A stretch of 64,000 nucleotides of DNA from Botryllus schlosseri (Eukaryota). Numbering within the stretch: the stretch's first letter is position 1; each line of letters opens with the position of its first letter. Positions 58,325 to 64,000 of the stretch are shown in pieces. The stretch covers positions 14,696,001 through 14,760,000 of the forward strand of contig CM119372.1 in assembly GCA_051294905.1 (NCBI GenBank), given 5' to 3'. Both the position numbers and the translations under genes were made by a program. The notes beneath the pieces were generated by a model. It worked only from the letters and a program-made list of their open reading frames with translations. It did not search any database and was not told the origin of the DNA.

Positions 58325-59001
58325 CAGGGGTGTCAAACTCAAATTCCGTCGCGGGCCGGATTTAAGCCTTCTAATCGCTCGCGGCCACACCAGTCAACTG
58401 ATTCCAATATGTTAATTTATGCTCTTGCTTTTCACTTGAATACCTTAGAAGCATATATAGATAATACACGTATCATACGGTTTTCAAGTAGCAAGTCGTG
58501 ATACCTTGATTCGCGAACGATGGACTTGGCAAAATACGATGATTGTCCGGTTGAATACAGTTAAGATTCCGCTAAAACAGTCGCATTAACAACGGTATAA
58601 GTCTTTCTGAGGGTCTTTTGGGTCGAAAGTTGTTGTGCAACTAATATATCTTCCATATAAACTGCATATAATGGTTCCGCATTGGCGTTTTTGCTTCTGT
58701 GAATAACTGCTTATTGATCCATTTTTCCATAAAACTTAAAACTTGGTGTGCACTTTCAGCTTTCTTGATATTGGGTGTCAATCTCACCGATTGTTACTAG
58801 TGTTAACTAGAGTGAAACCACAGCACCGCAGTCGGGTGGTTATGATGGGGCCTATCTTCATGGAAGTATTTCCTGCAAAAAATCTCAACATTTCTTACAA
58901 ATATGCTCAAATTTTCACTCTACTCAGAATTGCTTCGCGAGCCGGATGAAATCGTCTGGCGGGCCGGATGCAGCCCGCGGGCCGTATGTTTGACACCCCT
59001 G
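58325..59001. mobile_element. hAT (Buster/Charlie-type) MITE
   Basis: TIRs CAGGGGTGTCAAAC / GTTTGACACCCCTG, subterminal GCGGGCCG, perfect TSD ttctatag. Confidence 0.92.
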
Positions 59002-59210
59002 TTCTATAGTAATAACCAGGGAACTATACTGTTACGAAATTATTAGGTCGGTACAGATACGTTACGACTCGGTGTCCCAGTGTGCAGCAGAACGCAACTA
59101 CCGCGATCGTGCGCGCGACATGATCGGGGAATTACCTGTTTTAGTCGTGTCGCAACGCCAGTGTGCACTGTGCAGCCTCGTGCATCACGACATTGGTATT
59201 GTATAGTCAC

Positions 59211-61218
59211 CAGACATGGGGTAATCGCGATTAGTAATCGTAATCGATTACGACGATTACAGCATTTTCAAGTAATCGTAATCGCAATCGATTACATTCG
59301 AGAAAATTCCGAAGTAATCGTAATCGTAATCGACTACTTCCCATATTTAATCGATTTCTTTGCAAAACAACGATTACTTTTTATTTGTACAGGACTATGA
59401 GATAAACTGAACATTCGTGAACAAGGAAGAAGTATTATACCAGTTAGTTATAGCACAAACGTCAGATTTTCAGATGCAACTGCTCATTATTACGCCAGAA
59501 GGGGACTATTAGCTTTGCTCGTCATTGCGGAAGAAGTATCCAGCTATCCACACATAGTGAATAGATATTCGATGTGCATTAGCGTGATTGTAAGAACACT
59601 CACCGTACTGCATATCAGGTTATCAATACATTCCAGACGCCACTACCTCGCAGCAGGATAATTAACCACTACTCTGCCTAGTTCCAAATAGTTACTTTTG
59701 TATTGATGTTTGGTTATGCTTAGTTAAACGCGGTTTGACAGTTGCTGCTTGGCGAGCAGTAGGCCTATGTAGTACGAACGTACACCGGACAAAGGTTTGA
59801 AATTTTGTAGCCTACTCGTCAAATAAAACATTACGGTTTCCACGACGAAGCAGTGAAATCAACAGCTTCTGATATATATCATAACCGAGCTGGTTCTCGT
59901 AATGGCCGCTTGCATTACATTATCTGTATTAAGTTGTAGGCAGAATTTTGTGTTTACTTTCTCTTATTCTCATATGATTCTACTTGAAACGGGCGCTAAT
60001 CGTTATTTCACAATTCTGTACTCGACATTTGGGCCTGCCGCCATAGCCATCGGCTTATACACAATGTTAGCGTGGCATGTAGCAAAAATCAGGACAAACA
60101 CAGCAAATCGTCCCCCACCCCAAACGTTGCTCTTGGGCCCCCATAGGGTAGTAAATTTTCAAGTTGAAGATTTAATTTCGTCAATAATATTGGTAATTGC
60201 ATTATATTACTATTCATTTTTAATCCTCTCTCAGCCCCCGATGGTCAGATTTACCTGAAGAGCTGGAGGCACGTAATACATAACTATAAAATCTGGTATC
60301 TTGTAATAATTAGTTACTTTAGGAGGGTATCGTTGTTAATTCGTGACCTCCGGTCTGTTGTATAGTCAAAAGATATTGTTGTGGTCCAAACGTAGCAGAC
60401 TAAAAGAAATACTTGCGTGAGACGCACACACTAATTGCCATGTCTTTAATGCTCTGTGGGTGCCCGGGTGGCATTTGCATTGTGGGCTCAGATTGGAAGG
60501 ACCGGACTATTAGTCACGCCCACCCAGCGCGGCTATTGACAATGGACACATACCCCAAGTTTCGGCCTATGTCTTTCATTAGTAACACACTTCGTGAATT
60601 CGCATGTTGGCCGAAACTGCATATGTGATTTGGTGTGACGTTGCGCGGTATTGACTGGCATCTAAATGCCTATTACTACAAATTATGCATGCTTTTTTTT
60701 ATTGGCGTATGTATTTCAAAATCAAGCTATCTAGTAGAGACATTTAAATCGCGAAGCTCGTAGATAATTTTTAAGTTCATGAAATCTCTCGCAAATAGTC
60801 AATAATTTGTGTTGGTTTACGGAATACTTTTGAGTCCCCTTCGAGCTCGATCCTCACCCTATTAGGAAATTTGGGGTGCGGCAGTTGTGGACCTCGCAAG
60901 AATGCAAATCGTTGGGTGCGATAAATCGTCCTCTATAAAATAGGCAATGGGTACTTTATGACATAACAAGCAATTATCGTTATCGTGTTATCTCATTAGG
61001 CCTTTTCAGCGCAATCCATATATTGTCTTCCAATATAACTTCTAAGATGCAAAATAAATGTAATCGTGAGTAATCGTGATTACTTTTCCAATGTAATCGT
61101 AATCGTAATCGACTACTTCCTGATTTTGCTGTAATCGTAATCGTAATCGTAATCGCGTCATTCCGAAGTAATCGTAATCGCAATCGATTACATTCACGAA
61201 GTAATCACCCCATGTCTG
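59211..61218. mobile_element. 2.0-kb non-autonomous hAT element with (GTAATC)n subterminal arrays, copy 1
   Basis: TIRs CAGACATGGGG / CCCCATGTCTG; perfect TSD atagtcac; no transposase ORF. Confidence 0.92.
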
Positions 61219-61831
61219 ATAGTCACATAGTGTAACAGTTGGTGCGTCGTGCCTGAAGTAATGTGTAGCTGACGGCGACTTGCTATCCTGTCGTTGCGAG
61301 TTCTTAGATTGACTGATTCACTCGATACGATTATATTCCAGAGAAGCGTACGGGTGTTTAGCCGCAGCCGTACAAATTTATAACCATGTAATTCAATACA
61401 TGAAAGTGCAAGGGGCGACGTGAGAGAAAACGTGGGTTTTTATACCCGAAAATGCGTAACAATGCATGCAATTGCAAAGCTTGAGCCAATAAGAAAATGG
61501 GTTTATAAAGTTCTAGCGACACGAAAAAGGTAGAACTCTAGCTAAAACTTATGTTTGGCGTAACAGTGCTTACCAACCTTTCCCAATACTAAAAGAGGTA
61601 GTGAAGTTGGAATAGTCGTCCTACTAAAAGATTACATTTCCTTCATGCAGAAACATGATAGCTAGGGACTTGCGTTAAAAGGACTGGCAGTCCGCCATAG
61701 TATGTCAGTTATTGACTTTGTATCTTTCGCATCTTCATTTGCTCCAATCGCTCACTTTCACTCTTCAGCATACAACTTTGAGCCTCTGGTGCCGACTTTT
61801 AGCAGCGTGGCTTACCCAGATAACCTCCGAC

Positions 61832-64000
61832 CAGACATGGGGTAATCGCGATTAGTAATCGTAATCGATTACGACGATTACAGCATTTTCAAGTAATCGT
61901 AATCGCAATCGATTACATTCGAAAAATTTCCGAAGTAATCGTAATCGTAATCGACTACTTCCCATATCTAATCGATTTCTTTGTGAAAGAACGATTACTT
62001 TTTATTCGTACAAGTACTATGACATAAACTGAACATTCGTGAACAAGGAAGATATATTATACCAGATTCATGATAGCACAGACGTCCGATTTTTAAATGC
62101 CATTGCTCATTATTACGTCAGAAGTGGCCTATTAGCTTTGCTAGTCATTGTGTAAGAAGCATCCACAGTAAATAGATATTCGATGTGATTGTAAGAACAC
62201 CCGCCGTGCTGTATATCAGGTTATCAACACGTTCCACACGCCAGTACCCCGCAGCAGGATAATTAATCACCACTCTACGGAGTAACTTGTGTAATAATGT
62301 TTGGTTATGCAAACGCAGTTTGACCGTTGCTGCTTAGCGAGCAGTAGGACTATATGTAGTTCGTATACGTACGTACACCGGATAGAGATTTGAAATTTTG
62401 TACTCGTCAAATAAAACATTACGGTTTCCACAAAGAAGCAATCAAAATCAACAGTTGCTGATATATATCGTAACCGAGCCGTTTTTGCCGTTTCTCGTAG
62501 CGGCAGCTTGCAGTACATTATATGCATTAAGTTAAAGGCAGAATTTTATGTTTTCTTCATCTTCCTCTCATATGACTCTACTCGAAACAGGCGCCAATCG
62601 TTATTTCATAATTCTTTACTCAACATTGGGACCTGCCGCCATAGCCATGAGCTTAAATATCATGTTAGCGTGGGTTTTAGCTAGAACCAGGACCAAAACA
62701 GCAATTCGTCCCCCAGTCCAAACGTTGGTCTTTGGCCGCCGTAGGGTGATATTTCTAAGTGGAAGACTGAATTTCGTCAATAATATCGTGTAATGCATTA
62801 TATTATTATTAATTTTTAATCCTCTCTTTTTCTCTGCCCCCCCCCCCGATGGTCTGATTTACATGTAGAGCTGGGGCACGTAATTCATAATTATAACGCC
62901 TGTTATCTTGTCATAATTACTTTAGCGTATGTTGTTCATTCGTGACTTCCGGTCTGTTATATAATCAAAAGATAATGTTGTATCCCAAACGTAGCAGACT
63001 AAAAGAGAAACTTTCGTGAGACGAACACACAAATTGTCATGTCTTTTATGCTCTGTGGGTGTACGGGGGGCATTTGCATTGTGGGCTCGGATTGGAAGGA
63101 CCGGACCAGTAGTCACGCCCACCCAGCGTGGCTATTGACAATGGACACATGCCCTAAGTTTCGGCCAAAGTCTTTCTTTCGTAGCACACTTCGTGAAGTC
63201 GCGTGTTGGTCGGAATTTCATATGTCTTTTGGTGTGTCGTGGTACGGTATTGACTGGAACCTAAATACCTATTGCTATAAAATAGGGTTGCATTTAAAAC
63301 AAAAATAAATTTAACGAAAGCGTGTTTACAACAAGGCCCATGTTTAAAACATTTTTTTAAATTTATTTTATTTTTTTAAGCCATGACGTGACGAATGTGG
63401 ATTGCCGTTGACAATTGAAAATATAGGGTAAATATGGCTCCTTTGACGAAATATCCGTACTATAACTGTTGAACGGACTATTTTGAGGGGTTACAACCAT
63501 CCCATATCCCATAGCATTTTTTTACAAAATTATGGCATAATTTTACAACTTGAAAAAACACAATTCTTTTAAAGCCTTTGTTTAAAACATGTTTTAAACA
63601 GTGTGTTTTAAACAACCATTTGTTTCAAATGCAATCCTAAATCATGTATGCTTTTTTGTTGAGGGGGAGACGTATGCATTCCAAAATCAAGCTTATCTAG
63701 AGAGAATTTTCAAGTTAATTAAATCTTTCGAGAATACTCTATAGTTTATGTTGGTTTACGAAATACTTTTGAGTCCCCTTCGAGCTCGCTCCCCACCCTA
63801 GTGGAAAATTTGGGGTGCGGCAGTCATGGACCGGGCAAGAATGCAAATCGTTGGGTGCGATAAATCGTCCTCTATAAAAATCGGCAATATGTACATTATG
63901 ACGTAACAAGCAAATACCGCATCTTTTTTGAAAAGAAGTTTGTTATCTCATTAGGCCTTTTCAGCGCAATCCATATATTGTCTTCCAATATAACTTCTAA
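61832..64000. mobile_element. GTAATC hAT element, copy 2 (runs off the window end)
   Basis: Same left TIR and collinear interior as copy 1, different left flank (cctccgac), extra insertion at 63283-63639. Confidence 0.9.
63283..63639. mobile_element. hAT MITE (TAGGGTTGCATTTAAAAC family), nested in copy 2
   Basis: TIRs TAGGGTTGCATTT / AAATGCAATCCTA; absent from the equivalent site of copy 1 (~60680); no clean TSD. Confidence 0.82.

Noticed and set aside
59902..63308. Repeated ORFs (LLETGANRYF..., ICIVGSDWKDRT...) as a duplicated gene
   Set aside because: They lie inside copies of the GTAATC element, their starts, stops and frames differ between copies, and no domain is recognisable.
1..64000. 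Most of the short ORFs in the ORF track as independent genes
   Set aside because: They are single ABCB1 exons with intronic read-through, antisense or off-frame shadows of exons or gag-pol, or chance ORFs in repeats.
56420..64000. Start of a third ABCB paralog
   Set aside because: No sequence resembling exons 1-3 of paralog B was found.

Overview
Animal (metazoan) genomic DNA, not prokaryotic: GT-AG introns, many only 56-70 nt, and dense transposon debris. An invertebrate such as a tunicate is a guess only. The window holds two tandem, same-strand paralogs of a full-length ABCB1/P-glycoprotein-type exporter. Gene A is cut by the window edge (17 exons, 63-12142). Gene B is complete (27 coding exons, 15607-54819, 3912 nt, 1303 aa), and intron positions are identical wherever the two can be compared. 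Both paralogs share non-canonical NBD2 Q-loop (QMP) and X-loop (GRKG) residues and show patches of near-identity suggestive of gene conversion. Intron 5 of gene B contains an antisense Ty3/Gypsy element with an uninterrupted gag-pol ORF, a YLDN rather than YxDD RT motif, a single ~197-bp LTR and a primer-binding site complementary to its own LTR (self-priming signature). The rest is mostly non-autonomous DNA transposons (about ten hAT-type MITE families, most with 8-bp TSDs and family-specific subterminal motifs, several nested 2-3 deep; a 618-bp foldback; a pogo-like MITE), plus tRNA-derived SINEs and RTE-like LINE 3' ends. All calls come from manual reading; no searches were run.
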